DNA of 47,232 bases from Chthonomonadaceae bacterium (GTDB taxonomy: Bacteria > Armatimonadota > Chthonomonadetes > Chthonomonadales > Chthonomonadaceae). Positions within the stretch are counted from its first letter, which is position 1. Each line of letters starts with the position of its first letter. Shown here one piece after another: positions 35,924-46,400 of the stretch. Both the position numbers and the translations under genes were made by a program. The notes beneath the pieces are model-generated. The model searched no databases, was not told the origin of the DNA, and saw nothing but the letters and a program-made list of their open reading frames with translations. Location: assembly GCA_035650735.1 (NCBI GenBank), contig DASRGZ010000082.1, positions 1 to 47,232 of the forward strand. Direction: 5' to 3'.

Positions 35924-37294
35924 ATGTCCCGTCCTCTGGTTGCCATCGTCGGCAGGCCCAACGTCGGCAAATCCACGCTGTTTAACCGGCTTATCGGGCA
36001 GCGGGTCGCCATCGTGCAAGATACCCCCGGCATTACGCGCGACCGGCTCTATCACGATGTAGAGTGGCGCGGCAAGGAATTTACGGTCGTGGATACAGGC
36101 GGCATCATCCTCAACGAGTCGGACCCGCTGACCGTGCAGGTGCGCACGCAGGCCGAGATCGCCATGGCCGAGGCGGACGTCATTCTCTTTACTGTGGACG
36201 CCGCCGACGGCATGACCAGCACCGACCAGGACATCGCCGACGTGCTGCGCGCCTCCAGCCAGCCCGTCCTGCTGGTGGTCAATAAGGCCGACAATCCCCG
36301 TCTGGAGCAGGAGGCCGCCGAGTTCTACAGTCTCGGATTGGGCGAGGTCTACATTATCTCCGCCATGCATGGCAGGGGCATCGCCGACGTGCTGGACCGG
36401 GTCGTCTCCCTGTTCCCACCGGGGGCGGACACCGAGCCGGAGGAGGAGGATGAGGTCCGGCTGGCTATCGTCGGGCGGCCCAACGTCGGCAAGTCCTCGC
36501 TCCTGAACGCCATCCTGGGCGAGGAGCGCGCCATCGTCAGCCCGCTGCCCGGCACCACCCGCGATGCGATTGATACGTCGTTCGCGTGGGATGGGCAAAA
36601 GCTGGTACTGGTGGACACGGCGGGCATCCGGCGCAGCGGCAAGATCCAGGGAACGGTGGAGTATTACATGGTGCTGCGCGCGCGCTCGGCTCTGGAGCGC
36701 AGCAACGTCGGCATGGTCGTCATTGATGGCTCGGCGGGCATTCTGGACGGCGACAAGCGGGTCGCCGGCATGGCCCACGAGGCGGGCCGCGCCTGCATCA
36801 TCGTCGTCAACAAATGGGACCTGGTGGACCCTGGCATTCTGCCCGAGCCCGGCAGGCGCCCGCACGCCAGCCGCGCGGCAATGGAAGCCTTTACCGCTGA
36901 GTTCCGCAAGGAGTGTCCGTTCCTGCACTATGCCCCGCTCGTGTTTGTCTCCGCGAAGGAGCGCTTCAGCGTCCGGGCGGCGGTGGAGACCGCCATCACC
37001 GCCGCCCAAAACCACGCGCACCGCATCCCGACCGGCGAGCTCAACCGCCTGATCCGCGACGCTATAGAGCGCCGCCCGCTGCTGGAACATGGCCGCCAGT
37101 TCAAGGTCTACTACGCAACAATGCCGCGCGTCCAGCCGCCGACCATCCTTCTGTTCTGCAACGACGCGGAGATGCTGCATTTCTCCTACCGGCGCTACCT
37201 GGAAAACCAGCTGCGCGCTACCTATCCGCTGGAGGGCACGCCCATCCGCATCGAGGCCCGCAAAGCCGAAAGCCGGGAAAGAGAGCAGGGCTAG
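35924..37294 (+). CDS. der: Ribosome biogenesis GTPase Der (EngA)
   Basis: Two tandem G domains (GRPNVGKS twice; DTGG/DTAG; NKAD/NKWD) and a KH-like C-terminus (SYRRYLENQLR..GTPIRI). Confidence 0.97.
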   Translation: MSRPLVAIVGRPNVGKSTLFNRLIGQRVAIVQDTPGITRDRLYHDVEWRGKEFTVVDTGGIILNESDPLTVQVRTQAEIAMAEADVILFTVDAADGMTSTDQDIADVLRASSQPVLLVVNKADNPRLEQEAAEFYSLGLGEVYIISAMHGRGIADVLDRVVSLFPPGADTEPEEEDEVRLAIVGRPNVGKSSLLNAILGEERAIVSPLPGTTRDAIDTSFAWDGQKLVLVDTAGIRRSGKIQGTVEYYMVLRARSALERSNVGMVVIDGSAGILDGDKRVAGMAHEAGRACIIVVNKWDLVDPGILPEPGRRPHASRAAMEAFTAEFRKECPFLHYAPLVFVSAKERFSVRAAVETAITAAQNHAHRIPTGELNRLIRDAIERRPLLEHGRQFKVYYATMPRVQPPTILLFCNDAEMLHFSYRRYLENQLRATYPLEGTPIRIEARKAESREREQG

Positions 37295-37390
37295 CGCATC
37301 AACCGATTTTTCTGTCTCATCATGCCAACGGAGCCTATTCGCCATGAGAGGAAGAGGCGCTGGCCCTGAGAAAGAGAGCGAGTTTCGTAG

Positions 37391-38839
37391 ATGGCGAGAT
37401 TACAGACGCGATATATCTGTCAGGAGTGCGGCTACGACACGGCCAAATGGATGGGCAAGTGCCCGGAGTGCGACGCCTGGGACTCCTTTCTCGAGGAGGT
37501 GACGCTCAAGGAGAAGCCGGGCGCGGTCGGCAAGGGAGGCGGCCTGGGCGTCAGCGCCGCCGTGAGTGGGCGGGCTATCGTGCCCAGCGGCACGGGGCCG
37601 GTGCCGATCACCCAGGTGGAGGCGGTGGCCCAGGAGCGGCTGTCCACCGGCATCGGCGAGTTTGATCGCGTGCTGGGCGGAGGCATCGTGCCGGGAGGGC
37701 TTATCCTGGTCGGCGGTGACCCCGGCATCGGCAAGTCCACCCTGCTCACCCAGGTCGCGGCGTGCGTGGCCGGCGCTCCGGCGCCCGAAGGCGTGGAGGC
37801 GCACACCGTCCTCTATATCTCCGGCGAGGAGAGTGCCCAGCAGATCAAGCTGCGCAGCGCGCGGCTGAATGCCGAGACGCCTCAGTTCATGGTCAGCGTG
37901 GAGACCGAGATCGGGATTATCCTGCACCATCTGGACGCGCTGCGCCCCAGCCTGGCGGTGATAGATAGCATCCAGACCATGTCCGACTCCGCGCTCGAAT
38001 CGGCGCCGGGCACGGTGAGCCAGGTGCGCGCCTGCGCCACGCATCTGGCCCGGTTCGCCAAGGCCACCGGCGTTCCGGTCGTGCTGATCGGCCACGTCAC
38101 CAAAGAGGGGAGCCTGGCCGGGCCGCGCGTGCTGGAGCATATCGTGGACACCGTCCTCTATTTTGAGGGCGACCGCCATCACGCCTACCGCCTGCTGCGC
38201 GCCGCCAAGAACCGTTTCGGCTCGACCGATGAGCTAGGTATTTTCGAGATGCACGAGACCGGGCTGGTCGGCGTGGATAACCCGTCCGCCGTGCTGCTTG
38301 CGGAGCGGGCGGAGGGCGGCACCGGCTCCGCCGTCGCCTCCACGCTGGAGGGCTCGCGCGCGCTGCTGGTGGAGGTACAGGCGCTCGTCTCGCGATCCAA
38401 CCTGGCAAGCCCGCGCCGCGCGGTCACCGGCATGGATCCCAACCGCGTCAATATGATCCTGGCGGTGCTGGAGAAGCGCGCCGGGCTGAAGATCGCCGAG
38501 CAGGATGTCTTTGTCAACGTGGCGGGCGGCATCCGCATCCTGGAACCGGCGGCAGACCTGGCAACGACCATTGCCATCGCCTCCAATTTCCGCGAGCAGC
38601 CGGTGGACCCGACGACGATCCTGCTGGGCGAGGTCGGGCTGGCGGGCGAGGTGCGCGCCGTGTCGCAGGTGGAAAAGCGGCTGCGGGAGGCGGCGCGGCA
38701 GGGCTTTACGCGCGCCGTGCTCTCCAAGCACAACGCGGCCAGGCTGCCCAAGAACCTGGGCCTGCAAGTCATCGGCATTGCCACCGTCCATGACGCCATC
38801 AAGGTCGCTCTGCTCCCCACGCCTCGCTCAGAAGCCTAG
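37391..38839 (+). CDS. radA: DNA repair protein RadA/Sms
   Basis: C4 zinc finger CQECG..CPEC, Walker A GDPGIGKST, KNRFG motif and Lon-like C-terminus GEVGLAGEVR. Confidence 0.97.
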   Translation: MARLQTRYICQECGYDTAKWMGKCPECDAWDSFLEEVTLKEKPGAVGKGGGLGVSAAVSGRAIVPSGTGPVPITQVEAVAQERLSTGIGEFDRVLGGGIVPGGLILVGGDPGIGKSTLLTQVAACVAGAPAPEGVEAHTVLYISGEESAQQIKLRSARLNAETPQFMVSVETEIGIILHHLDALRPSLAVIDSIQTMSDSALESAPGTVSQVRACATHLARFAKATGVPVVLIGHVTKEGSLAGPRVLEHIVDTVLYFEGDRHHAYRLLRAAKNRFGSTDELGIFEMHETGLVGVDNPSAVLLAERAEGGTGSAVASTLEGSRALLVEVQALVSRSNLASPRRAVTGMDPNRVNMILAVLEKRAGLKIAEQDVFVNVAGGIRILEPAADLATTIAIASNFREQPVDPTTILLGEVGLAGEVRAVSQVEKRLREAARQGFTRAVLSKHNAARLPKNLGLQVIGIATVHDAIKVALLPTPRSEA

Positions 38840-38983
38840 AGCGTGTGATGCACTTGGGTCCTCTTGAGGAGATAGGCCAGCCGCTCATTAGAGGCTTTGG
38901 GCTCGCTTTTTAGTGAGCACAAAGCGGTCATCAGCCTCAAGGTCCTCTCTCGAAGCAGGCAAAAAAGGGCATAGCACCCTCTA
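38837..38983. mobile_element. Degenerate MITE, same TIR family as 46536-46709, opposite orientation
   Basis: TAGAGCGTGTGATGCACTT ... AAGGGCATAGCACCCTCTA imperfect TIRs; the left TA overlaps the radA stop codon. Confidence 0.65.
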
Positions 38984-38999
38984 GAGTGAAAACCGCCTG

Positions 39000-39215
39000 T
39001 CCCCCTGCCCCTGCTGCTAGGGTCGGACCTGCAATGAATGGTTCGGGCCTCCGCCTTGCGATCCCCAAGAACAGAGGAGGGGAGAGGCCCCCACCCCCAA
39101 GAACAGGGGAGGGGAAACGGAGAAGCCAGGATTTACCTCTGCCTGCGTAGGCAGGCAGCGGGCCATAGGCCCCACAGCGGCAGGGTTTAGCCTGCCGGAA
39201 CGGGGGGTTAGGTCT
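39000..39215. repeat. Composite palindromic intergenic repeat
   Basis: Shares the 29-bp block with 8791-8819 and the GGGGGGTTAGGTC end with 35644 and ~42376. Confidence 0.65.
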
Positions 39216-39238
39216 CCCCGATTTTCGCAATATTTCCG

Positions 39239-39267
39239 GGAACACCCTCGATTTGGTTTGCGTCCAA
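39239..39267 (+). promoter_or_regulatory. Putative ECF-sigma promoter
   Basis: GGAAC-N17-CGTCCAA, matching the GGAAC/CGT pattern of many ECF promoters. Confidence 0.5.
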
Positions 39268-39270
39268 TGG

Positions 39271-39421
39271 GCAATGCACGTACCCGGAACGGGAAAGACG
39301 ACAGGCAAGTTCGTTCCGGAAAGGACGGTGACGGCCCGACGCATTCCGTTCGCGGGTTACGTGCAGTCCAATCGGTAATCTAGAAGCCACAGGCGCACTC
39401 GCAGTGACCTGTGGCTTTTTC
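39271..39421 (+). ncRNA. Candidate structured sRNA or attenuator leader
   Basis: Long irregular hairpin 39275-39365 (TGCACGTA/TACGTGCA, CCCG/CGGG, GAACGGGA/TTCCGTTC) between the putative promoter and a terminator. Confidence 0.5.
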
Positions 39422-39423
39422 TT
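39382..39423 (+). terminator. Rho-independent terminator
   Basis: AGCCACAGG...CCTGTGGCT stem followed by TTTTCTT. Confidence 0.8.
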
Positions 39424-39484
39424 CAGCGCGATGGCCGGCGTGCCCTCTGCACCCTTCCGGCCATCCTGAGCAGGCGAGAGGACC

Positions 39485-40333
39485 ATGGCAGAGCAGAAAG
39501 ACGCATTGGAGACAACCTCGACGACCGTTCGTATCGAGTCCCCCGCGCTCAACCGCGCGGCCCGGCGCGGACATCCGACTGAAGATGAGAAATTGTTGGC
39601 GGCCCCGCGCCCGGAAGAGGCGGCGTTTACGCATACCGATCCCTGGCGGGTGCTGCGGATAGAGAGCGAATTTGTGGAGGGTTTTGATGCCCTGGCCGGG
39701 CTGGGGCCCGCCGTTACCATCTTTGGCTCCGCCCGGGTCGCGGAGAAAGACCCCATGTATCAGGCTGCCCAAAAAGCTGCCCAACTGCTTGGCAATGCGG
39801 GCTTTGCCATTATCACCGGGGGCGGGCCGGGCATTATGGAGGCGGCCAATCGGGGCGCACGGGAGGCCGAGGCGAAATCGGTCGGCCTGAATATCGAGCT
39901 GCCCTTTGAGCAGGCGATCAACCCTTATGTAGACATCTCCGTCGAATTTCACTACTTTTTCGTGCGCAAGACGATGCTCGTCAAGTACGCACAGGCGTTC
40001 GTGATCTTTCCGGGCGGTTTTGGCACCCTGGACGAGCTATTTGAGTCGCTGACGCTCATCCAGACAGGCAAGGTGCAGAACTTCCCGATCATTCTCTTTT
40101 GCTCGGCTTACTGGCGCGGACTGCTCGACTGGCTGAACGGGCAGATGCTGGCCGAAGAGAAGATCTGCCCGGAAGATTTGGATTTGCTGCTCATCACCGA
40201 CTCCCCCGAAGAGGTACGCGACCTGGTGGTGCGCTCGATGGAGGACGCCGAGTGGCGGCTGGCGCAGGAGCACCCGGCACGCCAGAAGACACGGCAAGTT
40301 CTGGGGTTGGGAGAGGCACGTAACTGCCCATAA
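39485..40333 (+). CDS. LOG family protein (TIGR00730-like nucleotide phosphoribohydrolase)
   Basis: VTIFGSAR, TGGGPGIMEAANRGA, FFVRK and PGGFGTLDE motifs; GAGAGGA SD. Confidence 0.93.
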   Translation: MAEQKDALETTSTTVRIESPALNRAARRGHPTEDEKLLAAPRPEEAAFTHTDPWRVLRIESEFVEGFDALAGLGPAVTIFGSARVAEKDPMYQAAQKAAQLLGNAGFAIITGGGPGIMEAANRGAREAEAKSVGLNIELPFEQAINPYVDISVEFHYFFVRKTMLVKYAQAFVIFPGGFGTLDELFESLTLIQTGKVQNFPIILFCSAYWRGLLDWLNGQMLAEEKICPEDLDLLLITDSPEEVRDLVVRSMEDAEWRLAQEHPARQKTRQVLGLGEARNCP

Positions 40334-40404
40334 CCGCGCGGTGGGGCCGGTTTGCGTCTCCTCTCAGTCCTCCCTGTGTCGGGCGCACCACCGAGCATGA
40401 AACC

Positions 40405-40450
40405 ACCTCTCCCCTCTCCCGCAGCGTGGGAGAGGGGAGAGGGTGAGGGC
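40405..40450. repeat. Short copy of the palindromic repeat family
   Basis: CCCCTCTCCCGCAGCGTGGGAGAGGGG..GGGGTGAGGG, nearly identical to 87-126. Confidence 0.75.
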
Positions 40451-40493
40451 CATTGTCACCTCGGCCCGTTGGGAAGGCATGCGGGAGGAGCCT

Positions 40494-41681
40494 ATGCAGG
40501 CCCGTTACGATCTGATCCTGCGGGGCGGGCGCATTCTGGATCCGGCCCAGAATCGCGACGAACGCTGCGATGTGGCGCTGGCCGAGGGCCGAGTGGCGGC
40601 GGTCGCGCCGGAATTGCCGCCGGGGCAGGCGGCGCGCGAGCTAGACTGCGTCGGCAAGCTGGTCACGCCCGGCTTGATTGACCTGCACGGCCACGCCTAC
40701 TGGGGCGGCACGATGCTGGGCATCCTGCCGGACCCGCTCTGTAACCACACCGGCGTCACCACCTTTGTGGACGCCGGCAGCGCGGGGGCGGATAACTTCC
40801 TGGGTCTGCGCCACTTTATCCTGGAGCCGGCGCGTGTGCGTGTCCTCCCGTTCCTGCATATTTGCAGCATCGGACTGGTCAACCAGGGCGTCGGGGAGCT
40901 GCTGGATAACCGCTATGCCAGCATCGAGAAGGTAGTGCGAACGGTGGAGGCGCACCGGGACGTCATCGGCGGGCTGAAGGTGCGCCTGGGCGGGTGGATC
41001 TCCGGGGCCAACACGGAGGCCGGTTTTGCGGCGGCCTGCCAGGCGCGCGATACGGTGGGCCTCCCGCTGATGGTGCATGTGGGCGGACAACCGCTGCCGC
41101 TGGAGGCCATCCTGGATCGCCTGAAGCCGGGAGATATTCTGACTCACGCCTTCCACGGCCATGCCAACGGGCTCCTCGGCCCGCTCGGCCCAGCAGCCCG
41201 GCCTGACTGGCTGGAAGATGGCCGCTCCGGCGCGGTGATCCCGGCGGCGCGGGCGGCCCGCGAGCACGGCGTCCTGATAGATGTCGGGCACGGCTCCGGC
41301 TCGTTCTCGTTCGCGGTGGCCCGGCGCGCGCTGGAGCAGGGGTTTCCCCCGGACACGATCAGCACGGACATCTATAACGCCAACGTCAACGGCCCCGTGT
41401 TCGACCTACCCACCACTCTGACCAAGTTCCTGGCGCTGGGCATGGCGCTGCCGGAGGTTATTCGCTGTGTGACGGCCAACTCGGCGGCGGCGCTGGCCCA
41501 TTGCCCGCGCGCAGCCGGCATCGGCATGCTCCAGCCGGGCGCGCCGGCGGATGTCGCCGTGCTAGAGTGGGAAGAGGGCGAGTTCACGCTGGTGGACGCG
41601 CACCGACAGACGCTGCCGACGAATCGCCGCCTGGTAGTGCGCTACACCATCCAGGGCGGCCAGATTGTCGGCGGCGCCTAA
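40494..41681 (+). CDS. Amidohydrolase/deacetylase family metallohydrolase (dihydroorotase-like)
   Basis: PGLIDLHGH, GVTTFVDAGSAG, MVH, GDILTH, DVGHGSGSFSF and TISTD motifs. ATG 40494 follows GGAGGAG. Confidence 0.9.
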   Translation: MQARYDLILRGGRILDPAQNRDERCDVALAEGRVAAVAPELPPGQAARELDCVGKLVTPGLIDLHGHAYWGGTMLGILPDPLCNHTGVTTFVDAGSAGADNFLGLRHFILEPARVRVLPFLHICSIGLVNQGVGELLDNRYASIEKVVRTVEAHRDVIGGLKVRLGGWISGANTEAGFAAACQARDTVGLPLMVHVGGQPLPLEAILDRLKPGDILTHAFHGHANGLLGPLGPAARPDWLEDGRSGAVIPAARAAREHGVLIDVGHGSGSFSFAVARRALEQGFPPDTISTDIYNANVNGPVFDLPTTLTKFLALGMALPEVIRCVTANSAAALAHCPRAAGIGMLQPGAPADVAVLEWEEGEFTLVDAHRQTLPTNRRLVVRYTIQGGQIVGGA

Positions 41682-41790
41682 GTCGGTGCTCCTCCGTGCT
41701 TGCCCTCTCTGACGCTTCTTTCGAGAGAGGGCGCCGCACAGACTTTGGATGACCTACTTAACCGGAGATTGTTGCAAGCGCTGCCGGCGC

Positions 41791-41985
41791 TCAGGAGGTG
41801 GGCGCTTGCTGGGCGGGGCGGTAGGTGTGGACGATGGTAGGGAGCGGTTCCTGCGACTTTTCGTAGTCGGCAGCCGGCATCACGAAATAGTCCTGCCCGA
41901 TCATCACCACATGCACCGGCTGATGAATGCGCTCGGCCAGAGCCTGCGCGTGCTCTCTGGCCTGGTCCCAGGTGAAAGCTTGCAT
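41791..41985 (-). CDS. Small hypothetical protein (64 aa)
   Basis: Strong AAAGGAG SD, GC3-biased codons, intergenic position. Confidence 0.6.
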   Translation of the reverse strand: MQAFTWDQAREHAQALAERIHQPVHVVMIGQDYFVMPAADYEKSQEPLPTIVHTYRPAQQAPTS

Positions 41986-42085
41986 CGTCTTCTGTCTCCT
42001 TTTCTGCCGTGATACTCTTTAAACGCGCTGCCTTGGAAACCTGTTCCCGTTGTGGGCAAATGAATTTGCAGCAACAAAGGCAGGA

Positions 42086-42392
42086 AGCCCTCACCCCCTT
42101 CTCCTCTCCCACGCTGTGGGAGAGGGGAGCGGACCCCCACCCCTTTATCCCACTGCAAGGGTCGGCCCTACAATGGTTGGGGCCTCTGCCTTGCGACACC
42201 CCTCCGCCTAGCGATTCCCAACAACAGGGGCGGGGAGAGCACCTTACTCCCAAGTGCTTCTGTCCTCTCTTATCTCCCCTCCTCCCCGGCCCTTCTCCCT
42301 GCAAGGGAGAAGGGGGAGCAGAAGCCGGGTCCCCCCTTCCCTGCGAACGCAGTGAGCGCATTAGGGAAGGGGGATGGGGGGTTAGGTCAAGG
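42086..42392. repeat. Composite palindromic intergenic repeat
   Basis: 42274-42328 is nearly identical to 19-74, and 42330-42390 resembles 35598-35660. It supplies the TAA stop of the adjacent gene. Confidence 0.8.
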
Positions 42393-43209
42393 AAGAGCCT
42401 TCCACCATCGGCGCGAGTTTCCGGTAGCAATCGGCCACAAGCTCATCTATCTGGGCGACGCTGTAGCCGCTCTGCGTGCCCACGATCTCCAGAACGAGGT
42501 AATTCAAATCCGGTTTCTGCTTAAAGGCGGCGATAATCGCCGGCAGATTCATCGCGCCGTTTCCCGGCATCTGGTCTTCTGGCGAGCCGATGGCCGGTTC
42601 CCGGCTTTGGGTGTCCCGGATGCGCGCGGTCAGCAGATAGGGCAGGAGGCGGGGGATCGACTCTTCCGGCGTCTCCTGATCCGGGGTGCGCCATAGATGC
42701 GAGGGGTCCACGTTCAGGCCGATGACGCTGGTATCCACCTGCTGCATCAGGCGCAGGGCCGTCTCCGTATTGTAGACTGCCTGACCGACGTGGGGTTTGA
42801 TGCTGATCTTGACGCCGGTTTCCACGGCGATGGGGGCCAGGCCGCTGAGGACGGCCACGACGGTTTGAAAGGAAACCTCGTCGTTGGGGGCGCCGCCCGC
42901 GCCGGTGGTGATGGCGGGCGCGCCCAGCTTCTGGCCGGCCTGCATCAGCCGGATAAAGCGGGCGCGCGCCTCCGGGGCCAGCAGGTCGGTGCTGGCCCCG
43001 ATGGACTCAATGGCCAGGCCGTAATCGGCTATCTGCTGCTTGCGCTGGGCCAGCAGGGTATCCGAGTCGTAGATCTCTACGGGCAGATGGTCGGCCATGC
43101 CGGGAATGGCCGCCAACTCAATCGCCTTATAGCCTGCGGCCTGAATACCGCTGAGCGCGGCTTCCAACGGGTGGCCGCCGTAGAGCAGGGTGCTGCATCC
43201 AAGTTGCAT
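42382..43209 (-). CDS. Sugar phosphate isomerase/epimerase (TIM barrel)
   Basis: AGYKAIEL, ISIKPH, GLNVDPSH, PGNGAMNL and LVLEI motifs. ATG 43209 follows GGAGAGGAG. Confidence 0.85.
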   Translation of the reverse strand: MQLGCSTLLYGGHPLEAALSGIQAAGYKAIELAAIPGMADHLPVEIYDSDTLLAQRKQQIADYGLAIESIGASTDLLAPEARARFIRLMQAGQKLGAPAITTGAGGAPNDEVSFQTVVAVLSGLAPIAVETGVKISIKPHVGQAVYNTETALRLMQQVDTSVIGLNVDPSHLWRTPDQETPEESIPRLLPYLLTARIRDTQSREPAIGSPEDQMPGNGAMNLPAIIAAFKQKPDLNYLVLEIVGTQSGYSVAQIDELVADCYRKLAPMVEGSSLT

Positions 43210-43332
43210 CCAGGTCGTCTCCTCTCCGTGCAAGGCGGGCGCAGCGCGCCCGAAGTGAGCCGCCAAAGTGCGGATTGATAACACAATTCCCGACGCACGA
43301 CGGCGTCTCCTGCCGCCTCTGCAAGGGCAGCC

Positions 43333-43362
43333 TTGACTTTCCACCCTCAGATTCGTTACAAT
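43333..43362 (+). promoter_or_regulatory. Sigma70-type promoter of the TPR gene
   Basis: TTGACT-N18-TACAAT, 38 nt upstream of ATG 43401. Confidence 0.65.
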
Positions 43363-43400
43363 CACCCCGAAAGACCTCGTGTTGTCAGGGAGAAAGTTTG

Positions 43401-46400
43401 ATGTCCGTTCGATCCGCGCGTCCGGCGGGGTGGTGCCTGGCTGCGCTTGCCTGTATAAACCTGTCTCTGCCTCTGTACGCGCAGGCGCCGAAGCCGGCCC
43501 CTTCGTCCGCTGCTGCCGCGCCCGGCAAGGCTGGGAAGGCCCCGGCTGCCGCGCCGCTGCCGCCCGCCGTCAAAAGGGCCGCCGCCCAGTTCGAGCGGGC
43601 CGTCGCCCTCCATCGCGCCCGGAAGGTGACGGAGGCCATCGCCGCCTATAAGGAATACCTGCGCCTGGTCGCCGCCGCCAAGCTGCCGCCCAATGCCGCG
43701 CTGCCCGCCTACCAGAACCTGGCCGTCCTCTACCAGTTCCGTAATGATCTCAAAGGCGCGGAGGAGTCCTACCGGCAGGTGGTCAAGCTCGATCCGCACA
43801 ACGCCAACGCCTACGCCCAACTCGCTACGATCTATCTCCAACTTCGGCGCTTTGACGAGGCCCGGCAGGCCGCCGATAGGGCGCTCAGCCTCTCGCCGCC
43901 GAAAGCCGCCGCTGCGCCCGCCCACTTCGCGCTCGGCATCGCCGCCTCGGTCCACAACGACCTGCCTGCCGCCGCGAAGGAGCTGGAGGCGGCGGTACGG
44001 CTGGCCCCATCCAATCCGCAGGCCCATCTCAACCTCGGGTTCGTGCTGGCCCGCCAGAAGAAGTATCGGCCCGCGCTCGACGAACTGGAAAAGGCCCGCA
44101 CGCTTCAACCCAAACTGACGCCCGCGCTCTTCTATATCGCCGCCGTCAAGCAGGAGATGGGCGACCTGCGCGGCGCCCTGGCCGCCTATGAGGCCGCGCT
44201 CCAGCAGACGCCCCATGATCCGCTCGCCCTCTTCAATCGTGCGCTGCTGCTCCAGAAGCTGGGCAAGACACAGGAGGCCATCACCGCCTACCTCGCCACG
44301 CTCGAGGCGGCCCCACAAAGCTACGGCGCTCATCTCAACGTCGGCGCGCTCTACTACGACATCGGCAACTACGAGGCCGCCCGGCGTCACTACGCCGCCG
44401 CCCTCAAGCTCAAGCCTGGGGATACGCAGGCGCTCCTCGGCCTGGCCTACGCCGAAACGCAGGCCGCTGCCGGCCAGGTGGAGACCGCCGCCCGCGACGC
44501 CGGGTTTAAGGAGGCGGAGACGCATTTCAAGCAGGCCCTTGCCGGCGCGCCGAAGAACCAGGCGGCGCAGAACGGGCTTGGCTATCTCTACGAGCGCATG
44601 GGCCGCTTCGACGATGCCCTCGCCCTCTATCGCCAGATGCAGGCCGCTGCGCCCGACGACATCGCCTCCTACTATCGGCTGACGCGCGTCTATACCATGC
44701 AGCGAAAGGTGGATGAGGTTGTGACGACCTGGCAGCGGTATCGCGCCCGGAAGCCCGACGACCCGACTTCCTACGAGGAGGCCGCGCACATCCTGGAGGC
44801 TCAATCCCGCCTCGAGCCGGCCATCGCCGAGTGGCGGCAGCTGCTGGACCGAAAGCCCAACCCCGGCGTCACGGCCAACGCGATGGTCTCTATCGGCAAC
44901 GACCTGGCGCTCTTAAAGCGCCCGGAGGAGGCGCGCACCCAGTACAAGGCCGTTCTCGCCCTGGACGCCAGCGGCAAGGGCTTAGACCCCAAGATCAAGG
45001 AATCGGTGCTGGCCACGCTGGAGACGGCGCGCATGGAGGCGCTGCGCGGCCTGGCGAAGGTGGCCGAGTCAGAAGGCAAGGCCGACGAGGCCATTGCCTG
45101 GCTGAATCAGCTTAAGGCTCTGGAGAGGACGCTCGCCGCCAAAACCGGCCAGCCGCCCAACGCCCAGACCTATCTGGCCATCGCCCGCGCCTACGAGCAG
45201 GCCAAAAAGCCGGACATGGCCATCGCCGAGTATCGCGCGCTGGCGGAGGTGGCGTCCCACGACCCGACGCCCTATATGCAGTTGGGACGGCTCTACGACG
45301 CGCAAAACCGACTGGAGGAGGCCGTCGCCGCCTACCGGGAGGCCGCAAGGCGCACCCAAGATCCGGTCGAATACCGCCTGGAGATCGCTGACCTCTACCG
45401 GCGCAAGGGCAAGCTCGATCTCGCGCTGGCCGAGTACGCCGCTTTGCAAACTGAGCATCCTACAGATCGACGTCTCTACGACCCGATGGCCCGCGCCTAC
45501 GAGCAGGCCGGCCAGTACGAGAAGGCGCTGGCGGCCTACGATGCGCTGCTCAAGGTAGACCCGACCGCAACCTGGGTCGAGGACCGCAAGGCCGTGGCGC
45601 TGATTCATTTGAAACGCTACGCCGCCGCGCGCAGTCTGTATGAGCAGATGCTGGACCGCAATCCGAATAGCTACCAGACCTACGCCGACCTGGCGCACGT
45701 CTATAAGCTGGAGGGCAAGCCGGAAGCCTATCTGCCCTGGCTACAGGCCCGGTTTGAGAAGGCGCCCGGGCAGCGCACGCTGATGGCCGCGCTGATCGAT
45801 GAGTACGCGCGGCTGAAGCGGGAGGAGGAGGGCTGGGCCTACCTGCACGGCATCGCGGAGAAGCATAAGACGGATCGGCCCTTCCTGGAGGCGTACGCGG
45901 GCCTCCTGACACAGCGCAATCATGGCGCGCAGGCCCTGGACATCTACCGCCAGATCGCCGACCAGAACCCGGCGGACCTGGCCGCGCAGACCGCGCTGAT
46001 CGATCAGCTTGACCTGGCCGGGAATAAGGCCGAGGCGACCCGGCTGACCGAGAAGCTGGCCGCCCGCGCCGACCTGCCTGCCGCCGAGCGCGCCGTTGTG
46101 CGCCGGCGCCTGGCCCAGCGCTACGCCCAGGAGGGCAAGACCGCCGAGGCGATCTCCCTGTACCAGGAGATCGTCCGGACAGAGCCGAACGATTTTCTTG
46201 CCGCCGCCGCGCTGGCGCGTCTTTTGACGACGGCGGGCCGCGAGGCGGAGGCGATTCCGCTCTATATGAACCTGGCCAATCAGGCGGCCTATCCGCCCGA
46301 GGTGCGCGCCCAGATACGGGTGCGCCTGGGCAGCCTCTATGAAAAGCGGGGCAACAAGGCCGATGCCATCGGGCAGTACCGGGAGGCGCTGAAGATAAGC

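Noticed and set aside
35774..37345. Long antisense ORFs (523 aa here; also 30811-32334, 43362-44804, 14099-15385, 26191-27480)
   Set aside because: These are shadow frames opposite well-supported genes, as expected in high-GC DNA.
39275..39365. SRP RNA, 6S RNA or GEMM riboswitch
   Set aside because: It lacks the SRP CAGG-GNRA-AGCAG motif and the GEMM GACGCAAAG segment, and is too short for a typical 6S with no clear large central bubble.
41678..42524. ORFs of 250 aa and 171 aa with PHPPS/PSPCKGEG-type sequence
   Set aside because: They are translations of the palindromic repeat family.
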